Of a stretch of DNA of 64,000 nucleotides, positions 23,213 to 35,020 are shown piece by piece. The translations under genes were made by a program, and so were the position numbers. The notes under the pieces were generated by a model. The model saw nothing but the letters and a program-made list of their open reading frames with translations, did not search any database and had not been told where the DNA came from. The DNA is taken from NCBI GenBank assembly GCA_013239625.1, contig MU053754.1, positions 1,283,966-1,347,965 of the forward strand. Direction: 5' to 3'. Source of the DNA: Lama guanicoe. Its lineage: Eukaryota. The number at the start of each line of letters is the position of its first letter. Position 1 is the first letter of the stretch.

Positions 23213-23816
23213 GTGTTGGTTTACCATGCTGGTATCACAGATCTGCAAATGGACGGCTTAAATCATGAATTTATCCTCTGACAGTTCTGGAGGTCCGAGG
23301 TCTGACAGGAGCCTCCTGGGGCTGAAATCAAGGTGTGGGCAGGACTGTGTTCCTTCTGGTGGCTCTGGGCAGGATCTGTTTCTTTGCTTTTCCAATGAGA
23401 TTCTAGAGGCTTCTGGCATTCCTTGGCTGGTAGACCTCCCCCCGCCCCAATCTCCAAAGTAAGCCACATTGCATCTCTCTGACCTTGTTTCCATACATTT
23501 GTTTAAACACACACACACACACACCCCACACCACACCACACCGCATCTCATCTGGGAAAGGTTCTCCTCCCCTGCATCACTCTGATGCTCCTTTCCTGTA
23601 GTCAAATCTCTCCTGTCTTCCTCCCATGAGGACCCTTGTGATGACACTGGATCCACCCTAGATAATCCAGGACCGTCTCCTCACCTCAAGGTCCCTGAGC
23701 TGAATCACATCTGCAAAGCCCCTTGTGCCCTGTAAAGCCACGTATCTACAGCTTCCTTGGACTAGGGTGTGGACATCTTTTCTGGGGAGAGAACAGGCAT
23801 TAGTCAGCCCACCGCA
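23213..23816 (-). mobile_element. MaLR LTR, MLT1C/D-like, with internal (CA)n/(CACCA)n
   Basis: acagttctggaggtccgaggtctga...gggctgaaatcaaggtgtgggcaggactgtgttccttctgg...gacccttgtgatgacactggatccacctagataatccagg...tcacatctgcaaagcccc. Confidence 0.88.
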
Positions 23817-24129
23817 GCTGGTCTACAGTGTACCAGACGTAGAAGAAAACACTGCAAGGAGCAGTATTTTCTCCATTTTTCTAGTGACCACAAGACCCGC
23901 AGGCCAGCGCTTCTCCACCAAGGAAGGAGGTGAGGGGGACATTTGGCAATGTCTGGAGAGAGCTGTGCATTAGCATGTGGGTGGGGACAAGAGAGAACGA
24001 GAGCCTATGGGTAGGAAAGCAAGATGGTGACCCAAGAGTCTAAATAAGTTAAGAGCAAGGGTGTGGTTTTCCACAAGTTCCCTCCTCCCCGGGCAGTTCT
24101 AAAGGAAAGGACATGCGTTGCGGGGTCAG

Positions 24130-24310
24130 CTGAACCCGGGTCTGTGTCCCAGCTCTGCTGCTGCTCTGGCCATGACGTGGAGGTTGTTTCACGGGACTCT
24201 GAGCCCCCGTTTCCTCATCTGTAAGTTGAGGAGAGTCAGATGCCCTTTGGAGAGGTGAGGTTAGCCTTCGGATGTGATGCCGCTAATACGCCCTTTGCCA
24301 GGTTAGCCCC
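24130..24310 (+). mobile_element. MIR SINE fragment
   Basis: cccagctctgctgctg...ctctgagcccccgtttcctcatctgtaag. Confidence 0.7.
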
Positions 24311-27300
24311 CCTACTACTAACGTGCACCCATTTCAGTCTCGCTCGGGTGGCTTCTCCCAGAAGGCAGGGACTTTGTGCTACTTACCATTGCCCTAGAAA
24401 CTGCCCAGACCTACCTGGATGCTTACATCTAACCAATAGTGGTCAGATCAAAAGGAAAACAAGTGAAGAAGCAGCTCTCACTAGTACATAAGCCCATATG
24501 TTGGTTAAATGTGAGACTTCAACTACAACACTAGGGGAGGGGATTATGAAAAGTCACTGAATTCTATAGAAATGCACACATTACGATCCAGTCCCCAAAG
24601 CACTGCATACAAAGCATGAACATCAATGGCAGGTGTCTAACTAAAGACCGATGGGAAAGGAATCGCATTGTAAGAGATAAACAAGGGATGGAGGAAGGGG
24701 ACATGAGTCTGCACACTCTCCAGCTGGAGAGGAGATCCAGCAGGAGTGACCCGGAGCCCTGCTGGCAGGTTACACATAGTAAGGGTGGACTCGCCAAGCA
24801 GAAGGGGCCCAGGCGCGAGCCTCAGCTACTAAAGTCTTGTTGGGACAAAACAATTTCCGGCTGAGGCTCTGTGTGTACCCGGTGAGGTCCTGCTTGTGGA
24901 AAGGGCACACACAGGTGAGCACCCCCACTGGAACCCCGCCTGGCTTGGGAGGCCCTGCTGTGGAGGCGAGCTGCACAGCTAATGCCCGGCACCACAGGGC
25001 ACAGCTGGACACACTACCAGCACCCTCATCCCTGGGGCGGGCGAGAAGAACATGCTGGCTTCCGTGAAGTGAGGGAGGCTCCGGAAATGCTTCATCCTTG
25101 ACAGGTCAGCTCCCGGCGCCAATACCAGAGGCACTGACTGTGACCTGCGTCTAACAGTTCATCAAGTTACGAGGGAAGCATCTTGCCTTTTCCTGGTCAG
25201 AAACCACCCTGGGTGTGGTTTCCTCTCCATCTTTGCCACACTGAGGAAAAAGCTTTATAAAAACCACATTGGACCCTTATTCATCTGGGATTTGCCTGCA
25301 AGACACAACGAGATTTAACCTAAAAGCCAAAGATGAGCGGGTTTTCCAAGTGAGAAGGCAATCCTTAGATAGCATAGCTTTTGTGTCAGACCAACTTCTA
25401 GTGTACAGCTCTCCACTGTCTAGGAATCACATCAAGGAGTCACAGGGCTGCAAAGTGGAGCACAAGACCCCTTCCTCCAGGTCACTGCAAATCTCTGTCT
25501 ATCACATGCTTTTGTGACGTGTTCAAGTTTTTAACTCTGTTATGACCAACAAGTGGGTCCGTTTATCTAAAACAGGGTCCCTTTGCATCCCTTTGTAGCA
25601 AAGACAGCAACAATGAAGAGCAGAATTTGTTAGCCTGGCTTTAAAATTAGCAAAGTGAGTTGATTTTTGTGACTTGTGGTCAAGAAGCCTGGCTTGTCCG
25701 TGAATGTGTTTCGTGGCTTTGCAGGGAAGAGTGAAGAAAAGATTAAGGGGGAGAAATGTCCAGCTTAGATGTATGTAAATATCCATATGTTGTAAAAATC
25801 TAAGAAAGATCATTTAAAGGGCACTGAGCAGCTCTGGGAGGGAGGCAGGGAGGGAAGCTGCAATGACTACAGAACCAGATCTGTAACACTGGTTCCTTTT
25901 AGAATGCTCTGAAGAAAAAGGCCAAGATGTAAAAACTGCACTATATCTTTTTGTTGGGTACCCTTAAGATACCATTTCATAAATGAGATTCTGGACCATT
26001 CAAGGTCCTGTCAGTAAAAATAATTCAACTCAGAAGTGGAATGATGTGGGGGAATCTGGAGACCTCACTGTTGCTCACTAGTTGGGAACTCTGGTTGCTA
26101 AAAAATAAATGCAACATCACCTGGACTGCCGAAGGAGCAGCAGAAGTCTCCCTCATTAACAACATTCATCTGTTATTAAGAATTTCTTGTTCCTGAAGGA
26201 TTGTGACCTCAAGCTCTCCCCTAGTAATCTCATGTTTTTCTTTTAAAAAATAATGACTTCTCTAGTAAGCTACAAATGCATTTCCTACTGTTTTATCTGA
26301 AACCATATTAACAAAAGTGGTTCTGTATCATTTATGAGAAGAAACAGAAATATTTCTTGAACAGAAATGTGGGTTGCAGCTGCTAAAAAAGAGAAAAATA
26401 CTACAGGAAAAAAATTTAAAAACAGACCTGGATGAGTTAGTAAGGAATTTGTTTACTGTTGTTTAAAGAGTATTATGTAATGGGATTGGTGAGTCTGAGT
26501 AAGCTTTTATCACAGATGGTAAGAAAATCTCTCTCTTCCGTTTCCCCAAATGACCCTAAAAGTGTAAATAGGGTCATATTGCATTTCAAAGTTGGTAAAA
26601 TAAAACTTAAGTGTGCTGTAACAATGGGAAATAAGGAGGGAGCATCTATAGTTATTATTCACATTTTCCAACATCTTATTAGCAGGGGAGACACTTCTAA
26701 TAACAAGATTTCTACTTACATGCAGTGGGATAATAAATTAAAATATTCACTGCTAGTTCTGTAATTATTTGAAATTTTGCAGGGTGCCTGTACTGCTGTC
26801 ATTTTGGGGATGGTCTGCAATCATTCCATTAACTGACTCAACCTAAATGGTGGGGAAAGTCAGTCATAAAGCATTTTACATCTGTAGCTTCTGCCTTTCT
26901 CTTGCTTCCTGTCTTCAGAACACTCCCGCAGTCCATCCATGCTGGATGATGTAGCACTTTGGTGTATTATCACCCTTCTCCAAAGATTTGTTTCATAAAT
27001 AAACAGAAAGAAGGAAAAGAAACTGGTTCTTCAAAGCAAAAATAAAAGCAAGTTCCTCCAGGTCACCCAAACTCATCCCGAGGAGAGGTGGCCATTGGCC
27101 TCACTGTCCAGAGACCAGAAGGATTAGAAGGAAAAAAACAGGAATTTAGATGAGCATATGAAAATATATTGCTTAAAAGTGCCCCTACTCACTTTATTTT
27201 GTTAAAATAGGCATGCCCTAGGGAGAATTTCCATTGTTCTACTGGGTAATAAACACTGAAAGAGACTCACTGCTGCTTAATCCCACAACAGGCATTCCTC

Positions 27301-27532
27301 TCCTTGGGATACCAGGCTTACAGAGTGAGGAAAACAAGTTAACCCTTTGAGGACCCAAGTGCCACTTACAAGTGTGCCCCCAAATTCCTTAACCTCATAG
27401 CAGGTTCATCTTCTGAGATGTTTGTGCACGGAAATACCTGATTAGAGAACTGCTTTATTTAACATTTTAGGAAATCCTCAAATTTTTAACTAACTGATAT
27501 AATATTATGATATTTAAAACCCAGTGAATGTC

Positions 27533-28244
27533 TGCAGCCATTGTGGAAAACAGTATGGAGACTCCTCAAAAAACTAAAAATAGACTTACCATATGATCCA
27601 GCAATCCCACTCCTGGGTGTATATCTGGAGGGAACTCTAATTTGAAAAGTCTAATTTGAAAAGACACGTACACCCCAATGTTCACAGCAGCACTATATAC
27701 AATAGCCAAGACATGGAAGCAGCCTAAATGTCCATTACAAATGACTGGATAAAGAAGATGTAGTATATTTATACAATGGAATACTACTCAGCCATAAAAA
27801 AGAATAAAATAATGCCATTTGCAGCAACATGGATGGACTTAGAGATTGTTATTCTAAGTGAAGTAAGCCAGAAAAAGAGAAAGAAAAATACCATATGATA
27901 TCACTCATATATGGAATCTAAAAAAGAAAAAAGGACACTATGAACTAACATACAAAACAGAAACAGACTTGCAGACATAGTAAACAATCCTATGGTTCCT
28001 GGGGAAAGGGGGTGGGAAGGGATAAATTTGGGAGTTTGAGATTTACAAATGTTAGCCACTATATACAAAAATAGATTTTAAAAAAGTTTCTTCTGTATAG
28101 CATAGGGAACTATGTATCTTGTAATAGCCTTTAATGAAAAAAAATGAAAATGAATATATGTATGTATATGCATGACTGGGACATTGTGCTGTACACCAGA
28201 AATTGACACATTGTAATTGACTGTACTTCAGTTAAAAAAAAAAA
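27533..28244 (+). mobile_element. Camelid-type L1 3' end (ORF2 C-terminus plus 3'UTR and poly A)
   Basis: tgcagccattgtggaaaacagtatggag...ccatatgatccagcaatcccactcctggg...ttgcagcaacatggatggac; 10-bp TSD agtgaatgtc (27523-27532 / 28245-28254). Confidence 0.95.
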
Positions 28245-28439
28245 AGTGAATGTCATATGTAGCTTACTATAATTCTAAACTTTGGCATGAAGAATTGGAA
28301 GTTTGGTTAAAAGGGAGTTCTACTGTGGTTTCCTAGTTTGCAAATGGAACATTTGTTTTTTGAACACCACCAGAGCAGAAAATGCCACATTTTCCCAATA
28401 CACATGTAGAACTGAATTGAGATTGCTAGCAATCCACTT

Positions 28440-29222
28440 TCCTTCATTTATTCATTCATTCGACTGTACATGTTTGAGCACGTCCTGTGTGGATGGACCA
28501 GCAGCAAAGGTTGGGAATTATGCAGATAATGGAATCTGAGATGCCATTATCAAAAAGCATGGATGTCTGTGCAGAAAATGCAATGGCTCGGGGAAAGGAA
28601 GACAGAGTGCCGACTGGGGGTGAGGTTTTTATACAGATTGAAGAGGCAGTGCAGAGAACTGAGGAGAACTCATTTCTGAGTTTTGCCAATTTACTATTGT
28701 GAAAGATGTTAACAATAGGGGAAGCTGGGCAAAGGAAATACAAGAACTCTCTAATATCTGCAATTTTTCTAAACTCAAAAATCTTTTTAAAGAAAAAAGG
28801 GGTAAAAAAAGAGAGAGAGAGATGCTGAGGCAGTTTCATAGAGACAGCATGACAGGAAGAGGACTACACAAATGTGAGCAGTGATGAAGCTGACGGGGGC
28901 AGAAGTGGAGGAGAGGACGAGTGGGATGGTCTTGGACACATCTTGAAGGAAGAACCCAAGGAATTTGCTGATGGGCTGGATGGCGGTAATGAAAGGAGAG
29001 AGGAGTCAGGGATGATTCAGAGTTCAGGGCCCTGGGCACCAGGAAGCATGGAGGTGCCCATGAGTGAGACGGGCTAGGACTCAAGAGTTCATTTTGGATG
29101 TGTGAAGTCAGAGATGCCTGTTCACAGGCTGAGCAGAGAGACAAAGTCAATATATTGGAATGGATTAGTCTAGAGCTCAGAAGAGATCAGGGTCTGAGGT
29201 ACAACTAAGGCACCATCAACAT
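28440..29222 (-). mobile_element. L2 fragments (3' end and RT region), interrupted by an L1MC-like 3' end at about 28693-28810 (+)
   Basis: ttcatttattcattcattc tail; ggatggtcttggacacatcttgaagg...gaatttgctgatgggctggat...aagagttcattttggatgtgtgaagt; L1MC motif aaagatgttaacaataggggaagctggg. Confidence 0.7.
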
Positions 29223-29540
29223 CAGGTACATAACCCACCACGTACGTGGGAGAGCTCACAGGGACTGCGTGGGGGTGCTTGGGCGGGAGGGCGGGGGGTC
29301 AGGAGCACAGGGCAGGCAGGGAGGGAGGCAGGTCCGCAGCAGTCCTGTCTGTTACCAGGTAAAACCCCTGTAACCCAGCTAAGCCTGTCACAAATCAAAA
29401 GGATTTCCGATGGAGCCTTTGTAGTGAGGATGTTGAAGAGGCGGGGCAACTGAGGTGGGAGTTTGTCATGGAATCGTCTAAGTGTGCATGTGTGTGTATT
29501 TCAATCTGCACTCTGTCTTTCCTTAAAAATAGGTCCCTTT

Positions 29541-30256
29541 TGAACCGTTGTACACTGTTGGTGGGAATGTAAATTGGTGCAGCCACTGTAGAAAACAGTA
29601 CAGAAGTTTCTCAAAAAACTAAAAATACAATTACCATATGATCTAGCAATTCCATTCCTAGGTATATACCCAAAATAACAAAACAATAATTCAAAAACAT
29701 TCAATGTTCATAACAGCATTATTTACAATTGCCAAGATGTGGAAGCAAGCTAAGTGTCCATCAATAGATAAATAGATAAAGAAGGTGTGATATACAGATA
29801 AATAGATACATACACACAGTGGAGTACTACTTAGCCATAAAAAAGAATGAAATTTCATCATATGCAACAACATGGGTGGACTTGGAGGGTATTATGCCAA
29901 GTGAAATAAGTCAGAAAGAGAAAGTCAAAAACTGGATGATATCACTTATACTTGGAACCTAAAAATTACATCAAATTTGTGAATATAACAAAAAAGAAGC
30001 AGACTCACAGATCCAGAGAACAAACTGGTGGTTACCAGTGGGGAAAGGGAAGTCGGGAGGGGTAATATGGGGGTAGGGGATTAAGAGGTACAAACTACTA
30101 TATATAAAATATGTAAGCCACGAGGATATATTGTACAACATGGGGAATACAGACAGTACTTTATAATAACTATAAATGGAGTGTAACTTTAAAAATTGTG
30201 AATCACTACATTGTAAACCTGTAATATATATTATACATCAACTATACTTCAATTAA
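29541..30256 (+). mobile_element. L1 3' end (artiodactyl/L1MA-like)
   Basis: tacactgttggtgggaatgtaaattggtgcagccact...tacatcaactatacttcaattaaaaaa; 16-bp TSD aaaaataggt(c/t)ccttt (29525-29540 / 30257-30272) at a canonical TT/AAAA site. Confidence 0.95.
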
Positions 30257-31374
30257 AAAAATAGGTTCCTTTCCAAGATCCTTGGGGACTTCTGAGATTT
30301 TGTGTCAGCAGTTGTGTCCATTCATTTACAACCTATTTGCATAGCAAAACCCAAGTGATTCTGTATGCCAAAGGGCTTAATCTGGACATTCTACCACTGA
30401 CAGGAGTAATGACAGGGGTCAGATATTCAGGAAAAACTCTTTTGGTTTAAGAAAGTAATAAACTCAATAAATCATATCTACCCCCAAATGCAAGGATTTA
30501 TAGTACAGTCAATGAGAACTTTTTCCCCTTTCCATTCTAGCTCTAACACAGCATTCTTGAGTCCTGCAGAGAGAATTCTGCATAATAGTTGAGAAGACTG
30601 GACAGCCCCAAGTCACAGCCTCAGAGCCCAAGGGATTCCCTTATTGGGAGACCTGACTGAAAAGAAATCTGAGGGTACATGATGCACGTTACTCTTTTAA
30701 GTGGGTGTTTTTCAAACTGTTAGATCATACAGAAACATGGGAGTACATTATTCCACTTATACTTTTATTTGCTTCCTCTGCTTAATTATTTTATACAGTC
30801 CTTCTCAGAGCTATTTCCCTAGGCTTTCAGAACTGATTTGAACTGGAACTTCCTGCTGGTGAGAGCACATCACATTTGCCTCAGGAGGGTTCGTTACCTC
30901 TCCTTCCTGTCGGGTACCACTTCCCTCTCCACTGAGGCATGAATCCAAGAAGGAGTTGCAAATAGTCATTCAGGAATTTTTAAAGGGTTCTGTCAAATAA
31001 ACCAATCTGGACTTAGTAAGGAGAGACTTTCTTTGAAAGGATTATTGCAAGAGAGGGAGGAGAGAGACTGATGCAATTGGGGAGAGTGACTATTGCAAGA
31101 AGGGAAACACTCTGAGCATAAGGACTGCAGCATCTCCAAGGTTAGGCAGAAAGAGGCTTTCTAGTATAAGGAGCAGTAAACATGGCTAGGAAGAACCAGG
31201 GGTGGGGAAGCAGGAGGAAAGGGTGGCCTGATCGGAAGGGAGACCGGAGAATGGTTTACCCCTAGGCCAGCCTGGCCTCAGGAGCGGGGCTGCCTGCTGG
31301 CACAGGCTTTGGGTGGATCCAAGTTTATGGCCTCTGGGAAAGGAGAGAAGCTGAACCAAATGCTGGTTAACAAA

Positions 31375-31831
31375 TGTCTTAGTCTGTTCTGGCAGCTGTA
31401 ACAAAAAGGCACCTTAATCATTTTGCAATCTGTATCTATATCATATCACCACCTTAAACTCACACAAGGTTACATGTCAATCATATCTCAGTAAAACTGG
31501 GAAAAACTACCACAGATCAGGTAGCATATAAACCACAGAAATTTCTCTCTCACAGCTCTGGAGGCTGAAAGTCTGAGATCAAGGTGCCAGCATGGTCACG
31601 TGAGAGTCCCTTCCTGGTTCATAGCTGGCACCTTCTTGCTGTGTCCTCAGATGATGGGAGGGGAGAGGACGCCCTCTGGGGTCCCTATTATAAGGACACT
31701 AATCTCACATGGGGGCTCCACCTTCATGAGCTCACCACTTCCCAAAGACCCCGCTTCCGAACACCATCACCTTTGGGGGTTAGGATTTCAATACATGAAT
31801 TTGGGGGTACACCGACATTCAGACCATAGCA
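31375..31831 (-). mobile_element. MaLR LTR, MLT1A-like, nested in the MER67-like LTR
   Basis: tgtcttagtctgtt...cacagctctggaggctgaaagtctgagatcaaggtgccagcatgg...acattcagaccatagca; degenerate TSD acaaa/atgag. Confidence 0.9.
31408..31506 (+). mobile_element. About 100-bp L1MA-type 3' terminus nested in the MLT1
   Basis: caccttaaactcacacaaggttacatgtcaatcatatctcagtaaaactgggaaaaa interrupts the MLT1 motif gtaacaaaa|taccacaga. Confidence 0.8.
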
Positions 31832-33054
31832 ATGAGCATTTTGTTCTAATTGACCCGTGGGAACAAGTACTTTGGCTAATCATTTGAGATACAAAGAATG
31901 GGAATTTGGAGGGCCTTGTCCTAGGTAAACAAGGGAAGTAGGGGAGGCCTCTGTGAGTTCTCGGTGAACAAAGGGGACGCTGTGACTCCTATGTAAGCAG
32001 TTTGGGGATTGGTTCTTTGCATCAGCAGTTTTCCAGAACACTGAGGGTGGGGAGATTTCTTAATCATCACTATTTTCCAGGATCTTAAGGCTTGGGGAAA
32101 GTTTGACATTGTCAGCACAAATGAAAGAAAATTAAAAAGTATATAATCAAAGGACAAGGCAGGGCCTTTAGAGGGGACAAGGTGAGGAGCTAAGTAACCA
32201 AGAAAGCTCGCTCTTAAGTCACCTCCAGAAAAACACACAAATAAGACGAACCCATTTTTGTAATTTCTTGAAGTCAAATAATTGGTGTTCTCTTATGTCC
32301 TGACAATGAAAAATCCCGTGGCTGGAAATTTCGCTAACTGTTTAAGGTACTATGAAAAGGCGAAGCCCCCACCATTGAGAGCTTCCTGGAGACTAAAGTG
32401 TGCGGGAATATCAAATACTTGAGCCACGTAGCCTTGTGACGATCGTGGAGACCAGGCTGAGGACAAGGCCACATACTCATTCTGCTCCCTTTCATGATGA
32501 GTGGACAGAGGGGCTTTTACTTTTGATTTTATGTGAAGGACCGTCCCCTTTCCAAAGCTTGCCTGCAGTTTTCAGTAAAGAAATTATAAAGGCTCCTAAA
32601 GAAAAAGATGGTGAACAGGTGTTCACAAGCAATCAAGATAAAAACTTTTCATAAATCAGATGCAGTAAGTCAAATGCCATTTGTGCCAGTTTTATGCATA
32701 CTTGCAACAGAGATTCAAGGAAGATGGTGGGAGAGATGGTGTGAAGAAACCACTACTTGAGAATTACTTACAACGGATTCTCCCAGCTGAAGTCTACAAG
32801 TGGGATTCCCTGGAGCTGGAGCTACTTAACATTTATTTATATTAGACAAAATTCACAGAGGTTGGGAGAGTCACAAGTATTACTGTAGCGAAAACACTAT
32901 CAGACTATTTTTTATCTAAGGGTTTATTTGAGATTTTTTAAGAAATGAAAACATTAGATTTTAATGCACATTATAAATATAGGGGATGCCGTCTCCTTAG
33001 ATGAAAAACATTATATCCAGTTAACTCTCCATTAACCTCAAGCAGATTATCTGT

Positions 33055-33925
33055 AATTCAATTCAACACAATTACTGACTATCATAAGGCACCACGCTAA
33101 CTGCTGCAGATAAAAGAATTAAACAGCATCCCTGCCATCTCAGTATTCACCGTCTACTGGAAAGAAAAATACATAAGCAACCAATTAAAATGAAATATGA
33201 TAAACGCTACTCATAGAAGAATAAGAAAACAAGTCTGCTGTTGTGGTTTCACCAGAGGCTAAGGAAGGCACCAGAAAGTTAAAGGCAAAGTGACATTTGA
33301 GCTGAGCATATAGTTTTTGGGGTTAAAAAAAAACAAGTGGGGATGGATATTCCAGGCTGAAAGAGCAGAACAATCAAGACACAAAGGCATGGGAGTTTAG
33401 GATGTGAGGAACCCAATGCAGGCAGAACCCATGGAAGTGAGTATCTGGGAGGAAACGGCAAGGCAAGGGTGGGCCAAGGAGGTGAAGACCCGTCAGAAGT
33501 TGATACTGGGTGGAGTGGTCTGCCGGGAACTGTGTTTTAAGACCCACAGCTTCGTGTGGAAGGTGATTAGAAGGGGGAGATACTGACAGTACAGAGACCC
33601 CTCAGCAGCCAAGTGACGATGAGAAAGTCCAGGCAAGAGCAGTGCGGAGGACAGGGCAGGAAGATCGGAGAGATGCTCAAGACTGAATTGAGGGCGTCTG
33701 ATGACCAAATGGAGGCATGAATTCAGGAAAGGGGGAGTCAAAAGACTACAGCTCCTCATTAGGCAGTTGGAGAGTGTCACTACTAACGGAGCCAGGAAGT
33801 CCTGGGGGAGATGCATATGGGAGGGGATTTGATGGGGACAGAGTGTATTAGCTTTGGGGCACAAGGGACATCCAGGTAGACATGTATGATCAGAAGGCAA
33901 TTAGGAAGAACTGAGAACATGGAAA
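33055..33925 (-). mobile_element. L2 fragment
   Basis: attcaattcaacacaattactgactatc tail; gtgacatttgagctgag; ggaaagggggagtcaaagactac; gggacatccaggtagacatgt. Confidence 0.65.
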
Positions 33926-34559
33926 AATAGACTCAAACAGCATCTTCACATGGAATTTGATAAAGATCCAGAAGTTCTTTAAACATATATTCCCCCGGAA
34001 GAAGGACAATTCGAGAAGCCTCAGTCAAGATGTGAACCCAGTCTGGAAAATATCCACCTCCTTCTCTCTTTCCTATGGTCTCCACATCCCTGTTACCACC
34101 TCTCTCTGCCCGTGCAAATATTTGCATTTCCGTGTTTAGATGCTGGCATTTCTTTGTGATTCTAGTACTCTATTCAAAGCTGCCTCTCAGCTCATGAACC
34201 AAACCTCTTCCCAAGACAGACACTCACAGACCTTCCTAGTTCTCATCTGCACCACTTGGTCTGGACTTTGTATTTCATGGGGTGTAACCTGCACAGCAGC
34301 TTCCAAGAGGAACATGTGACAGTGGTAAGAGGAGAGGGCAGAAGGTAGGACACAGGGAAACAACATTCAATCAAGAGAAGAAAAACAGGAGAAGGTGGGC
34401 AGAGAGAGAGAGGCTCTGAGGAAAGAGGTGAGACAGTAAGAATCTGTGGCCAAAGAACACCTCTAAGATGTTGGTGCTGGCTGCTCGAAGTCAGGTGAAC
34501 TCTGCAATGCCATTTTGCAATACGAACCGTCTCTTCACGGCTGTTTGAAGCTCCAGTAT

Positions 34560-35020
34560 CCACTACTTATCTTGCAAATACCCATTTCTCTTTTTTCCTT
34601 ACTGACAGAATCCCACATTTACACAGACCAGCAATATTTTGCACTAACACTACTCATTATCACAACCTCCCTTGCAGCTGAAGGATGTAGGGTGGGAGGT
34701 GGGATGAGTTCTGGACAATGAGATACAGGGAGAAGTCCCTGAGTCAGGAATCCATGAATGACTCAAAAGCTGAAGCTTCACAGAATCTTGGCTTTCTCCT
34801 CCTCATGCTTAAGTGTGAACATGATGTTTGCAGGAACGGAGTCTGTGTTCTAACCATGGGACTGAAATCAACATGCCAAAAATGGCTGAGCAAAAAGTTA
34901 TAAGGATCATGGGTCCCTGATGGCATCTTTAAGCCTCTGCCTCCGCTTTAAATATCCTATTTTTAGACTGACTGCTTTGTGAGGAAATGAAAACTTTCTG
35001 TGTTTATGCTATTGCTAGTC
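34560..35020 (+). mobile_element. MaLR LTR, MLT1J/K-like
   Basis: cctcccttgcagctg...gagttctggacaatgagata...tgggtccctgatggcatc. Confidence 0.6.

Larger units (their letters stand above)
30991..32114 (-). mobile_element. ERV1 LTR, MER67-like, split by a nested MLT1
   Basis: tgtcaaataaaccaatctggacttagtaaggagagactttc...gactattgcaa; resumes after 31836 with cattttgttctaattga...gtttgacattgtca. Confidence 0.75.
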
